DNA of 64,000 nucleotides, taken from IMG/VR virus record IMGVR_UViG_3300034062_005626, one strand, 5' to 3'. The stretch comes from a virus. Lineage: Duplodnaviria > Caudoviricetes. Shown piece after piece: positions 1 through 9,365 of this stretch. Each line of letters begins with the position of its first letter. The stretch's first letter is position 1. The translations under genes and the position numbers were made by a program. The notes below the pieces were generated by a model. It was not told the origin of the DNA. It saw only the letters and a list, made by a program, of their open reading frames with translations, and made no database searches.

Positions 1-730
1 CACTTTGTTTGTTTTCCTCATTAAAATCCGTCCAATGTTTTGTTCTACCTTCTCTTGTGTATTCATGCCAAACAACTGTTTTATGTGGGTGAAATAAATC
101 ATAACCTAATGTATATGACCTAATAGATAAACTGATTTCATCACCAGCAAAGTAAATGTTGGGGTCATACTTATATTCTTCACAATGTTTTCCAATCGTA
201 AAGAAAAAGTGACCACTAACAAATCTTGCAGGTATTGGTTTATCTAACTCTTTCCAATTTGGAATTTCGTGAGGTCTAAACATAATTGTTCCTCCCGGTG
301 TGAAGTTAGATGCAACCATTTTGTATGGCTCAACATTTAATAATTTATTAGTTTTGGGTTCATACATGCCTGCATATGCAGTAATGATTGGTTTTTTTGA
401 ACCTGTCATTTTCATCATTTCAATCAACTCAATATCCCAATCCTGTAAGAATCTATGGTGTGAATCTAATTGTAATGTGTATTCTTCTCCGTTCCATAAT
501 TTTTGAATTTCTGAACGAGCCCAACACAGTCCTTTACTTTTTGACCAATGATAATCTAATATTTTGAATCTTTCGTCATTTGCAAATTCTCCCATAGATT
601 CATTTTCATCTCGTTGCCAACAAATACCAAAGGTTAAATTCTCAGGGTTTTTTGCCTTTGAAATGCAGTCTCTGATTGTCGGTAAAAGTTCGGGGTCTCT
701 ATAAGACGCAATTTGGACAAATATTTTCAT
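1..730 (-). CDS. GT60/GlcNAc-family glycosyltransferase (Gnt1/Skp1 alpha-GlcNAc-transferase-like), 3' end runs off the window
   Basis: Not in the ORF track (edge-truncated). Manual translation from ATG at 730: MKIFVQIASYRDPELLPTIRDC...GLCWAR...YTLQLDSHHRF...FVSGHFFF...YFAGDEISLSIRSYTLGYDLFHP...WHEY. The IFVQIASYRD start, the LDSH (DxH) metal motif and the G-D/E-E motif are typical of this family. Confidence 0.8.
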   Translation of the reverse strand, partial: MKIFVQIASYRDPELLPTIRDCISKAKNPENLTFGICWQRDENESMGEFANDERFKILDYHWSKSKGLCWARSEIQKLWNGEEYTLQLDSHHRFLQDWDIELIEMMKMTGSKKPIITAYAGMYEPKTNKLLNVEPYKMVASNFTPGGTIMFRPHEIPNWKELDKPIPARFVSGHFFFTIGKHCEEYKYDPNIYFAGDEISLSIRSYTLGYDLFHPHKTVVWHEYTREGRTKHWTDFNEENKQS

Positions 731-777
731 ATTATCATTTTAAACAAAAATAATACCTCAAGACTAAAAATAAATAA

Positions 778-1560
778 TTAAACTTGTGTGATTGTAACAA
801 TCAAAGATGGAATGGCCGGTCTAGTGGGTGATGTAAAAGGTCCTGCATCATATTGTAAACCTAATCTTGTGTCATCTACTCTAAATTTTAATTCTAAAAA
901 TTCATTGGCTGAAAGGTCTATTACAAAATTCCAAGCAGCTACAGTTCTACCATTATTAGAATTTACGACAACTTGTGTATTTGAGTTAGTAACATTACTA
1001 CCATTTTTAGCTAACCATATATCCATAGTTTGTGCTGAACCACCACCTGTTGATTCTAATTGAGCGGAAAATTGTAAATTATAAACACCGGCACTTGCAA
1101 CAACAAATTTTGTATTTGCCGATAATGTTACACCATTAGAACCAGTATTGGTGTCCGCACTCATAGAAAACGCACTAGAGGTACTTGAAACATATTGGTC
1201 CGTTGTGGACAAAAAAGACCCCCATGCTCTACCACTACCATCGACGCCACTGGTTCCGTTAGTTCCGCTAGTACCATTTGTACCACTGGTTCCGTTAGTT
1301 CCGCTTGTGCCGTTAGTTCCGCTAGTTCCACTTGTACCGTTAGTTCCCGAGGACCCGCTAGTTCCATTTGTACCACTGGTTCCTGAAGACCCATTAGTTC
1401 CATTTGTGCCTGAAGTTCCGGCAATTGATGCAGTTATAGCACTAAATGGTACTGCTTCTGTTCTACCTGATATTATTGGATTGTAATTTACAATTACCAA
1501 TAATGAATTAGAGTAACCTGTCGATGCTGCAGGTAAGGATGATATTGGTAAATCCGGCAT
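778..1560 (-). CDS. Putative trimeric fibre/adhesin: G-X-Y repeat plus C1q/TNF-like C-terminal domain
   Basis: 260 aa with about 20 Gly-X-Y triplets. C-terminal beta-rich segment AGVYNLQFSAQL...IWLAKNG...WNFVIDLSANEFLEL resembles C1q/BclA-type heads. Late motif upstream. Confidence 0.6.
   Translation of the reverse strand: MPDLPISSLPAASTGYSNSLLVIVNYNPIISGRTEAVPFSAITASIAGTSGTNGTNGSSGTSGTNGTSGSSGTNGTSGTSGTNGTSGTNGTSGTNGTSGTNGTSGVDGSGRAWGSFLSTTDQYVSSTSSAFSMSADTNTGSNGVTLSANTKFVVASAGVYNLQFSAQLESTGGGSAQTMDIWLAKNGSNVTNSNTQVVVNSNNGRTVAAWNFVIDLSANEFLELKFRVDDTRLGLQYDAGPFTSPTRPAIPSLIVTITQV
1231..1419 (-). repeat. Coding tandem repeat (GTS/GTN/GSS)n, about 20 Gly-X-Y triplets without proline
   Basis: Protein GTSGTNGTNGSSGTSGTNGTSGSSGTN...GVDGSG; 9/18-nt periodic DNA with varied third positions. 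Confidence 0.95.
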
Positions 1561-1583
1561 AGTCTTTTATAGATAAATATTAT

Positions 1584-1871
1584 TTAAGTTATTTTGATTC
1601 TAAAACCATCTTCCTGTAATATATAAAAACCAGTTTCTTGTAATAAATAACTTCCACAATCCACTTCTATTTCCATGATACAACCATTAGCATCTATAAT
1701 TTTTATATATATAACATCTTCATTTGGAAAAAAAGATTCTGAATTAATAACTACATTTGGTGGTATTGAAGTAACTCCTGACACATAAAAACAATAGGTA
1801 TTTGATGGGTCACAAATGAAAACATCATAAGGACTTAATCCGCTAGTTACTCCTGTTATTTGTATATTCAT
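1584..1871 (-). CDS. Small putative virion protein, single degenerate SprB-like module plus C-terminal LLQE..ILQEDG motif
   Basis: 95 aa; ITGVTSGLSPYDVFIC...IKIIDANGC parallels the SprB repeat consensus and the neighbouring 69-aa ORF. Confidence 0.5.
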   Translation of the reverse strand: MNIQITGVTSGLSPYDVFICDPSNTYCFYVSGVTSIPPNVVINSESFFPNEDVIYIKIIDANGCIMEIEVDCGSYLLQETGFYILQEDGFRIKIT

Positions 1872-1874
1872 ATA

Positions 1875-2084
1875 TTAACAATTTATTTCATAAAAAGTTT
1901 CACAACCATTACCATCAATCGCTTTTATTATTAAGGTATTTGCTGCAGAATAAAATGCAGATAAAACATAAACGGTAAGTGTTGTACCAAGTAATGAACA
2001 ATTATTTCCGTTTTCATCACAAACGTAATAACTAACGGGTGGTGTTCCTCCTGTCAATCCTGTTATGTCAACTGAGTACGGCAT
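1875..2084 (-). CDS. Small putative virion protein, single SprB-like module
   Basis: 69 aa; ITGLTGGTPPVSYYVC...IKAIDGNGC; abuts the SprB-repeat gene. Confidence 0.5.
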   Translation of the reverse strand: MPYSVDITGLTGGTPPVSYYVCDENGNNCSLLGTTLTVYVLSAFYSAANTLIIKAIDGNGCETFYEINC

Positions 2085-4388
2085 CTATGTATAACAAGTT
2101 ACATCGTAGTCTATTGTTAATTCTAAAGTGAAGTTAGCATCAGCCAATGGGTCGGTGTCTCCCTCACAATTTGATTCAATGTGAATTGTATTATCTGTCA
2201 AACTTATAGTATAACTACTAATATCAGTAACACCACTTAATATCCCTTCTATTGTTGATTGCCAAACAGTGTCTTGTGGAACATCATTCAATGTTGTTGC
2301 GGTATAGAATGTTTGAGTAAATGCACTTCCGTTAATATTCATTTCAAGTATAAATTCTGCAGTATTTAAACTACATCCCGTATATCCACTTGTAACATCA
2401 ATATACCCCTCATTTAACATTTCTAAAAATCCACGTTTAGCCCCAACTGTTGTTGCAAATTCATTTTGACACAATTCAACAACAGAGTATGTTGTTACAT
2501 TATTTCCTGAACATGTGATTGTAAAATTGTGAGTTTGTGAACATCCGCGACTGTCTGTAACTTCAACAGAATACGTACCGGCGGTTAAACCGGATATAGT
2601 TGAACCCGTTTGTCCTGACGGAACATTATCTGACCAATCATAACTAAATGTTGGTTCTCCGTCGTATATTAATACTTGCGCAGTTCCATTTTGACCACCA
2701 TAACATTGTGTTGTTGATATTGCACTAATTAAACTACCTCCCGTTGATATTGTTACTTGTTCATCAATTTGACATCCATCTGCATCAACAACTGTAAGAG
2801 TATAACTACCAGCCACTAAATTATTAAAGGTATATGAAGATAATGATGTATCTAATACTGATTGACCGTCACTTAATATATAGTCCAAAGGTGATGTGTA
2901 ACCAGTCCCAACTTGAACTTGTAAAACACCATCATTTTGTGAACATGTTGAACCAGTTGTTGTTGCACTTATTTCAAACTTATCAGTAGATGCCAACGTA
3001 ACAGTTGTTGTGTATTCACAGTTTGTTCCTGTTGCAGATATAATTAAGTCATACGTATCATTTGTTAAACCTGAAAACGTACTAGTTAAACTTTGTGTTG
3101 TATTGGTATATACTAAACCGTTCGTTTGTCCCGATAATATATAACTATAAAAATTATTTGAACCTTGTAATGAAACAGTTAATGAACCAAGTTGTTGACT
3201 ACAATTAGAATTAGTTACTACCGTATCAACTATAAAAAATGAATTTTCAGCATTAATAAATGCACTTATTATTTGTTTACAAAAGTTCGCATCTGTAATT
3301 TCTAAATTGTAATTTCCACTTGATAAACCTGATAAGGTTAATGTATCGCTTAATGTATACCCTACTTGTGATGTGCTGGCGGAATAATAATAAGGGACAC
3401 TACCCCCTGTAATTGTAAATGTAATACTACCGTCTGATGAAAAACAAGAAGGATTTACAGAAGTAACAATACCAACTCCAAGTGGGTCGGCTTCACCTAT
3501 AGTATCACTTTTAGTCACCACACAACCATTACCATCAGTTACAGTACAACTATAAGTTCCAATTGTTAAACCTGTTATTGTTTGACCCGTCTCACCGTTA
3601 TTCCAAAGATATGTGTAAGGTGATGTTCCTGTAAGTCCTGTGATTGAAAGTTTACCTTCATTAATCACACAAGTAGACGTATTTACTTTCCAAAAACCAA
3701 AATCAAAATTTGAAGAGGATGAAACAATTGCGTTAGATGTTGTTGCAGTTGACAACCCATAATCCACAACTTGAACAAAATATGTGTCCGCAGATAGATT
3801 TGTGAATGTATAAGGGAACAAAGTTGTTACTTGTGATTCAACAGTACCTCCTGATGTGGATAATATTAAAGTATAAGGCGACATTTGAGAGTCGGCACTT
3901 ACAGTTAGTGTTCCATTATTTTCTCCACATGTGGTTGGTGTTACGTCAATAATGTCAGTATAAAAACAACCTGTTATAATAACGTTTATATATAATTCGT
4001 TATTTTCAAACCCTTCAGAATCATTTAACCTAAACACATAGGTGTCGGCGGTTAATCCTGAAAATGTTATTGGACTTGATGACGTTTGAGCACTTATTCC
4101 ACCAGGTTGTATATTATCTATTGTGTATGGAGGTATTCCACCATATGGTGAAAATGTTACAGAACCCGTTGGGGATGAGCATGTACCTGTGATTGTAAAT
4201 GTTAGTCCTAATGGTTGGTCATCGCAAGTTGGTGTACAAGCGGACATTGTGTTATAAACACCAAATGTTGATGCTGAGTACGCACTATCAAAACAAATAG
4301 TTTCCCCTAAAGAAACTCCAACTACAAAGTTACCACAACAATCATAGTACCTATATACCCCATCCGTTAAACCCGAAAAACAAGCCAT
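2085..4388 (-). CDS. SprB-repeat adhesin-like virion protein
   Basis: 767 aa with about seven repeats of G-S/T-x-T...GG-x-PY-x-Y-x-W...I/F-x-GL-x-AG-x-Y-x-V-x-V-T-D-x-x-GC (e.g. TSPYTYLWNNGETGQTITGLTIGTYSCTVTDGNGC), the SprB repeat consensus. Confidence 0.8.
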   Translation of the reverse strand: MACFSGLTDGVYRYYDCCGNFVVGVSLGETICFDSAYSASTFGVYNTMSACTPTCDDQPLGLTFTITGTCSSPTGSVTFSPYGGIPPYTIDNIQPGGISAQTSSSPITFSGLTADTYVFRLNDSEGFENNELYINVIITGCFYTDIIDVTPTTCGENNGTLTVSADSQMSPYTLILSTSGGTVESQVTTLFPYTFTNLSADTYFVQVVDYGLSTATTSNAIVSSSSNFDFGFWKVNTSTCVINEGKLSITGLTGTSPYTYLWNNGETGQTITGLTIGTYSCTVTDGNGCVVTKSDTIGEADPLGVGIVTSVNPSCFSSDGSITFTITGGSVPYYYSASTSQVGYTLSDTLTLSGLSSGNYNLEITDANFCKQIISAFINAENSFFIVDTVVTNSNCSQQLGSLTVSLQGSNNFYSYILSGQTNGLVYTNTTQSLTSTFSGLTNDTYDLIISATGTNCEYTTTVTLASTDKFEISATTTGSTCSQNDGVLQVQVGTGYTSPLDYILSDGQSVLDTSLSSYTFNNLVAGSYTLTVVDADGCQIDEQVTISTGGSLISAISTTQCYGGQNGTAQVLIYDGEPTFSYDWSDNVPSGQTGSTISGLTAGTYSVEVTDSRGCSQTHNFTITCSGNNVTTYSVVELCQNEFATTVGAKRGFLEMLNEGYIDVTSGYTGCSLNTAEFILEMNINGSAFTQTFYTATTLNDVPQDTVWQSTIEGILSGVTDISSYTISLTDNTIHIESNCEGDTDPLADANFTLELTIDYDVTCYT

Positions 4389-7336
4389 TAATTACAATTT
4401 ATACTAGCGTTTATACCTATATTTAAGTACAGTTTTTTATTTGTGAAGTCATCATAACAAGTTGAATTACTTATTACTAAAGTTTTACCCGCAAAATAAT
4501 AGTTTAGTCCATGATTATATAATTCTTGTAATTTGTCATCAATTGCCGCTGTTATTTGAGCAACCGTTGGCACATCATAAAAACCATATCCTGTGTAGAA
4601 TTGCTCTTGAACTAAAATCGTACTGTCTAATCTACAATCCACAAACCACTCCGATACTATACTTGTTAAATCACAATTGGCTTGAGTGTACCCACTCTGT
4701 TTTACAACCGCACTTAAAACTTGTGTTAGATAAGTTTGTGGACTGTCAAAGTTTAATTCACATCTTAAAGTTTGGTCTATACAATCATATCCAAATAACT
4801 GACCGTCAAATGTACAAGGTACACATTCAACTTGTATAAATTGACATCCTCTTTGTCTTCTCCATATGAATTTTTGTCTATGGAAAATTGAGTTTTCCAT
4901 TTTTTGGCCCGTGAGCCAAAGTGTTGTTGCAGGAACCAACTGTTCCAATAATCTTTGCCAATAATCACCAATACCTAATGTATAGTCTATCATTTTTTGA
5001 TAGGTAAATTGATTGGAAGGTATTCCTACTGTTTGTTGTGATTGAAGGTATTTCCAATATATTGATTGAAGTGTAGGGTAACCACCTGTCTTACCGTCGA
5101 AAATTGTTTGTCTATTTCTAACATTAATCATGTTGGTAAAGAACGATTGAGCAAATTCAAAAAATGTTTTTTGTTTTGGTTGTGGGTTTACAAAAGTCCA
5201 ATCTATCGCTCCTGGATATGGATAAGGTGACGTTAAACCGGTATTTGGAATTGGGTAATCGTATTTAACACACATATCCCACACATCATAAACTAACCCT
5301 TGACCCATATTAATATTTAATTCAATATTTTTTGAGTTTATAAGTTGTTTGTCGTTTGTAATGGTGTAATCAACCCCATTAAAGTTTGAATTATTTTTTC
5401 TGTTTCCTATGTCGTCAACGGACCAAGACTTTTGGTTGTCGTAAATTTTTGTTATTGTATACCCTTCATTCAAAAATGGAAACTTAGTAAACCTGTCTAA
5501 GTATTCTTGACCATATGAAAAAGGTTGTAGTTGTGTTACAACACTTGGTACGTTTTGGTCAAGTTGTGAATTTTCTAAATCGACAACTTGTGGTGACCTG
5601 TGTTTTGGGCTAGATTCAAACCAACCTGAACCTTTTTGGAAAAAGTAATCATCTGTCTGTGTTGGTGACTTAGGGTAACCATCGTCAGAAATACCATAAT
5701 CATTTCTTGACGTTGTTACAGTTTGCACTTCTCCGTTTGTTGTAAATCCGGTATATGTTACTCCTTGAATAGAAAATGTATTTGTTGGGTCTAATGCAGG
5801 TTTTTCAACATAAACCGTACCTCCACTTATTTTAGCATAATTTTCTTTAAATTGGTCCACATTAATTTTTGAATCGACCAAATACACAACTTCATTAAAT
5901 TCTGTTATTGCTTCAGGTGCACCAATCAATCTCATTATGTATTCCAAAGATGTTCTTGTTCCTTTGGATTTAAACATATATGCTGAGTTTAGAATTACAT
6001 TTCTAAAATATTGATAGTTTAATTCTGATGGTGTTTTTTCTTCTGCTTGACCTGAATAAATTTGGTCGGTTGTTGTACTAAACACCGCATCTAATAATTG
6101 GTCGTTATTAATTGGCGATATATTTGTATTTACCCCCAAGGTTTGTGCTAAATTAGTTAGTAACTGTGATGGTATATCATTTCCCACAACATAGTTCACT
6201 GAGTTCATATTCGCCAAGGCATCAATAAACTTTTTAACCTCATCAAAACTTCTACCATATATTTGTAGAATTTTTTCCATCTTTTGGTCCTGAGTGTCAA
6301 AGTCCTTGAATGCCCCTGTTGTTAGAAATCTTGAAATCAAATTGGTTTTGTAATCGTCAAGATTAAGTGCGATTTCACTTAAAGTTGTTAAATACGTGTC
6401 AAAATTAGATGTCACAATATCTAAATTCCATAAACCGTCCAATACCCATGTTACACTTTGTACTTTTAATGTAAAAATCCCATCTGAATCGTAGTATGGG
6501 TACTCAAAAATCGCAGTATACTTTGGTTGGCTATTTCTATTTAATATAAAATCCTCAACCTCATCAAAATCATCTTGGAATATTTCAGCAGTTTTTTGTG
6601 TATTTGGTTTTACTATAAATGTTTCTGTTGAAATTGTTTGTCCTGAAAAAGGGTCACCTTCAACTGTGAATGTAATTGTTCCTGCTGTTAATGTCGCTGA
6701 AGGTATAAAATCAACTACAGGGTATTCTGTTGTAAGAGCAGAAAAATATAAACTAAAGTTTTCGTAGTTATTTGTTAAATCACGGTATTTTGAAACTTTT
6801 ATAGGTCTAACTTGAATGTTTCTTGCTGCGTTTACAGAGAAGTCAATGTCAAAAGGATTAACTATCCACGGAACATCAACATCAAACGTTGTTAAATTTT
6901 CAATAGGGTCAAAAGCAATATTTGTAGCGGTGTATCCTGTTGTAAATGACAGAGTCGTTCCTCTTACTTCTAAGGCCGCCGGAAAATAACTTATTATTTT
7001 TGTTACGGACGCTGATAATCTTTTTTGAAGTGAACCATACAACGTAAAACTCGTTACTTGTGATATATCAAAATTTGGATATACTGAAAAGTTTTTTTGT
7101 ATGATTTTTTTTGTTTGTTCAACATCTTCAATATTTAAATTTTCTAAATTATAAAGTTGTGAGAAAACACCTAAATCAAAATTACGATTTACCTTTTCAT
7201 AAATGGCAGTTGTAAACTGAAAGTTTCCTTGTGTTAATCCACCTCCTGTCACCAACTGTAATCCAACTATGTTGTCAAACGCAGTTAAAGTTCCTACAGG
7301 TGGAGCAGGTGGATATCTAAATATTTGTTTTGCCAT
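4388..7336 (-). CDS. Putative baseplate wedge protein (P2 gpI / T4 gp7-like) with large accessory regions
   Basis: 982 aa. Motif LLTNLAQTLG...NSAYMFKSKGTRTSLEYIMRLIG...ITEF resembles the KGT motif of Tail_P2_I/gp7. Lies downstream of gp25 and gp6-like genes. Confidence 0.5.
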   Translation of the reverse strand: MAKQIFRYPPAPPVGTLTAFDNIVGLQLVTGGGLTQGNFQFTTAIYEKVNRNFDLGVFSQLYNLENLNIEDVEQTKKIIQKNFSVYPNFDISQVTSFTLYGSLQKRLSASVTKIISYFPAALEVRGTTLSFTTGYTATNIAFDPIENLTTFDVDVPWIVNPFDIDFSVNAARNIQVRPIKVSKYRDLTNNYENFSLYFSALTTEYPVVDFIPSATLTAGTITFTVEGDPFSGQTISTETFIVKPNTQKTAEIFQDDFDEVEDFILNRNSQPKYTAIFEYPYYDSDGIFTLKVQSVTWVLDGLWNLDIVTSNFDTYLTTLSEIALNLDDYKTNLISRFLTTGAFKDFDTQDQKMEKILQIYGRSFDEVKKFIDALANMNSVNYVVGNDIPSQLLTNLAQTLGVNTNISPINNDQLLDAVFSTTTDQIYSGQAEEKTPSELNYQYFRNVILNSAYMFKSKGTRTSLEYIMRLIGAPEAITEFNEVVYLVDSKINVDQFKENYAKISGGTVYVEKPALDPTNTFSIQGVTYTGFTTNGEVQTVTTSRNDYGISDDGYPKSPTQTDDYFFQKGSGWFESSPKHRSPQVVDLENSQLDQNVPSVVTQLQPFSYGQEYLDRFTKFPFLNEGYTITKIYDNQKSWSVDDIGNRKNNSNFNGVDYTITNDKQLINSKNIELNINMGQGLVYDVWDMCVKYDYPIPNTGLTSPYPYPGAIDWTFVNPQPKQKTFFEFAQSFFTNMINVRNRQTIFDGKTGGYPTLQSIYWKYLQSQQTVGIPSNQFTYQKMIDYTLGIGDYWQRLLEQLVPATTLWLTGQKMENSIFHRQKFIWRRQRGCQFIQVECVPCTFDGQLFGYDCIDQTLRCELNFDSPQTYLTQVLSAVVKQSGYTQANCDLTSIVSEWFVDCRLDSTILVQEQFYTGYGFYDVPTVAQITAAIDDKLQELYNHGLNYYFAGKTLVISNSTCYDDFTNKKLYLNIGINASINCN

Positions 7337-8244
7337 TATTCAATAATATTGGTAAAGTTTTTACTGTAATCAATGTTATTATTTCTATCTTGTCTAACTT
7401 CAAATAGAAGTTCACTAAAGTTGTTTCTAATTTCAAATAGGTTGTATTGTTTGTAAATGTTTCCTGCCGTATCGTAAAGAGTGTAAATACCATCCTCAAT
7501 ACTTTTGGTTTGATTACCATAAAGAGCAATTGCTAAAGTGTCAATGTCGTATTCCGCCATTTGAACATCAATAGTAATAGGATTAAAGAAAGTATTTGTT
7601 ATTATAATATTTTGGTTTGGTTGACCTATAAAAGGAATTGCACTTGGTTTATTAGATGGAGATGAAGAAGGTGAAAGTGTACAGAAAATTAAATCTGTTG
7701 GGTTGTCTACATATCTATATCTAATAGACTTTTGTGTTGTGTTAACCTGTTCTGTAATTACAGGTTCACAATAAAATGATGACGTAACAAGTCTATAAAA
7801 GTTTGGTATTTTTGTTCCGTTATTATTTAAGTATTCAACTCTAAAACCAACAAGTCCTTGATTAACAAATTTATTTCTATACTGTGAAGGAACATTATTA
7901 ATATCAATAATAATACCTTTTACGTTTGGTAGTGCCGATAAAACTCCACAGTCATTTATTGTTGTTCTAATTTCAGCAGGTCTAATCATTAAAGTATAAA
8001 TCCCCAACTTACTAAACTCGGTTGCGGGCAATCTTAAATTATATAAACCACCTAAAATTTCCACGTTATTATTACCACCAGTATCTGAATTATGAAAATA
8101 TGGTGTTAATATATTTGCGGCATTTAATTTTTTTAATGTGAAATTATTTGTAACATCCCTTGAAGGTGTATAGTGTAAGATGATTTCAACATCATCAGGT
8201 GATACATCAGCGGGTCTTGTTATTCCATATGTGCCAAGTGCCAT
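7336..8244 (-). CDS. Putative virion structural protein, unknown function
   Basis: 302-aa ORF, translationally coupled to its neighbour, TATTTATA motif upstream, inside the baseplate/tail cluster. Confidence 0.55.
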   Translation of the reverse strand: MALGTYGITRPADVSPDDVEIILHYTPSRDVTNNFTLKKLNAANILTPYFHNSDTGGNNNVEILGGLYNLRLPATEFSKLGIYTLMIRPAEIRTTINDCGVLSALPNVKGIIIDINNVPSQYRNKFVNQGLVGFRVEYLNNNGTKIPNFYRLVTSSFYCEPVITEQVNTTQKSIRYRYVDNPTDLIFCTLSPSSSPSNKPSAIPFIGQPNQNIIITNTFFNPITIDVQMAEYDIDTLAIALYGNQTKSIEDGIYTLYDTAGNIYKQYNLFEIRNNFSELLFEVRQDRNNNIDYSKNFTNIIE

Positions 8245-8276
8245 TTTTTTATTTTATAAATAGTTTATGTCTTTTT

Positions 8277-9365
8277 TTATGTTGTATTAATTTTATAATA
8301 TCCGTAACCATATCTTACCATATCACCAATATTATCAACTTCACCTAATCTTTGTAATGGTTCAAACGCGCTATATTTACCTCTTTCGATATAAACATCG
8401 CTTTGAACTTCAGGGTCCATAACAAAATCTAACAAATATTCATTTTTTGTAATCGCTGAAAACAATAAATCATTTTGGGTAAATCCTGAACTTTGTAATA
8501 AGTACAGAGTTTGTCCGTTTGGAAAGTCGTAATAAGTGATGTCATTTATTGTGTATGAAGTATACCCTGACGTTATAGAATTTATTTGTCCGTATGGTAC
8601 TCCATTTTTTATAAAAGTATAACCAACTGTATACGGGTTAGGTCCCCATCTTTTTACATCCGTAAGTTTAGATTTGGTATAACCTGAAACAGGAAAAGGA
8701 ATTGTCGTGTATGAACTTGATATTTGTGATGATACATTATTTTGTGAATCACCTGTTGCTATAAAATCGTAACTTACAGGTATACCTGACCAATAACCAC
8801 CTTGTGGTGTGAAAGTAAAATTACCTTGTAAATTTGTTATTGTTGCCCCCGTTAAAGGAAGTACAATCGGTTTTTCAATTATATTCAACCCCCAACTATT
8901 TTGACCAGAAAAAGTTATGGTATACGCACTTGGTGTGGTGGGGTATGTATGTGTCAATGGTTGGGTTCCAACCTGTTGAGTTGGGCTCCCATCACCCCAA
9001 TCAACAAAGAAACTTGATAGTTTTAAAAATGATATTTCTATGTCACCCGATGTATTATAAAAATTAACATCGTAAGGTGTTAATGTATCAGCAGAAAATA
9101 AAAAATTAGACAACACATCTTTTTGTAACATAAGACCATCAAACTCACTATAAAAACCAATATCGTTCATAGTTTGAGTGAACATAATTGGTATTGTTAA
9201 ACCTGTTAAAAGTGATGTACCTCCCGTTCCTCCACTCAATATGTAAGACATACCTGAATACACACCAAAGGTTTGTGACCCACTGTCACCACTATAAGTT
9301 TCACCAAAAATATCTGTAGAAATATTTTCAGGGGATACTATTAAAGAATATTTTTCAGCTTCCAT
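8277..9365 (-). CDS. Putative virion protein with PKD-like domain
   Basis: 362 aa; FFVDWGDGSPTQQ...THTYPTTPSAYTITFSG matches the WDFGDG...HTY PKD signature. Confidence 0.6.
   Translation of the reverse strand: MEAEKYSLIVSPENISTDIFGETYSGDSGSQTFGVYSGMSYILSGGTGGTSLLTGLTIPIMFTQTMNDIGFYSEFDGLMLQKDVLSNFLFSADTLTPYDVNFYNTSGDIEISFLKLSSFFVDWGDGSPTQQVGTQPLTHTYPTTPSAYTITFSGQNSWGLNIIEKPIVLPLTGATITNLQGNFTFTPQGGYWSGIPVSYDFIATGDSQNNVSSQISSSYTTIPFPVSGYTKSKLTDVKRWGPNPYTVGYTFIKNGVPYGQINSITSGYTSYTINDITYYDFPNGQTLYLLQSSGFTQNDLLFSAITKNEYLLDFVMDPEVQSDVYIERGKYSAFEPLQRLGEVDNIGDMVRYGYGYYKINTT

Noticed and set aside
1148-1486. Plus-strand ORF with LVPLVPFVP repeats (also 788-1063, 1161-1424, 1195-1386)
   Set aside because: Antisense or alternate-frame shadows of the Gly-X-Y repeat gene; the repeat simply lacks stops in those frames.
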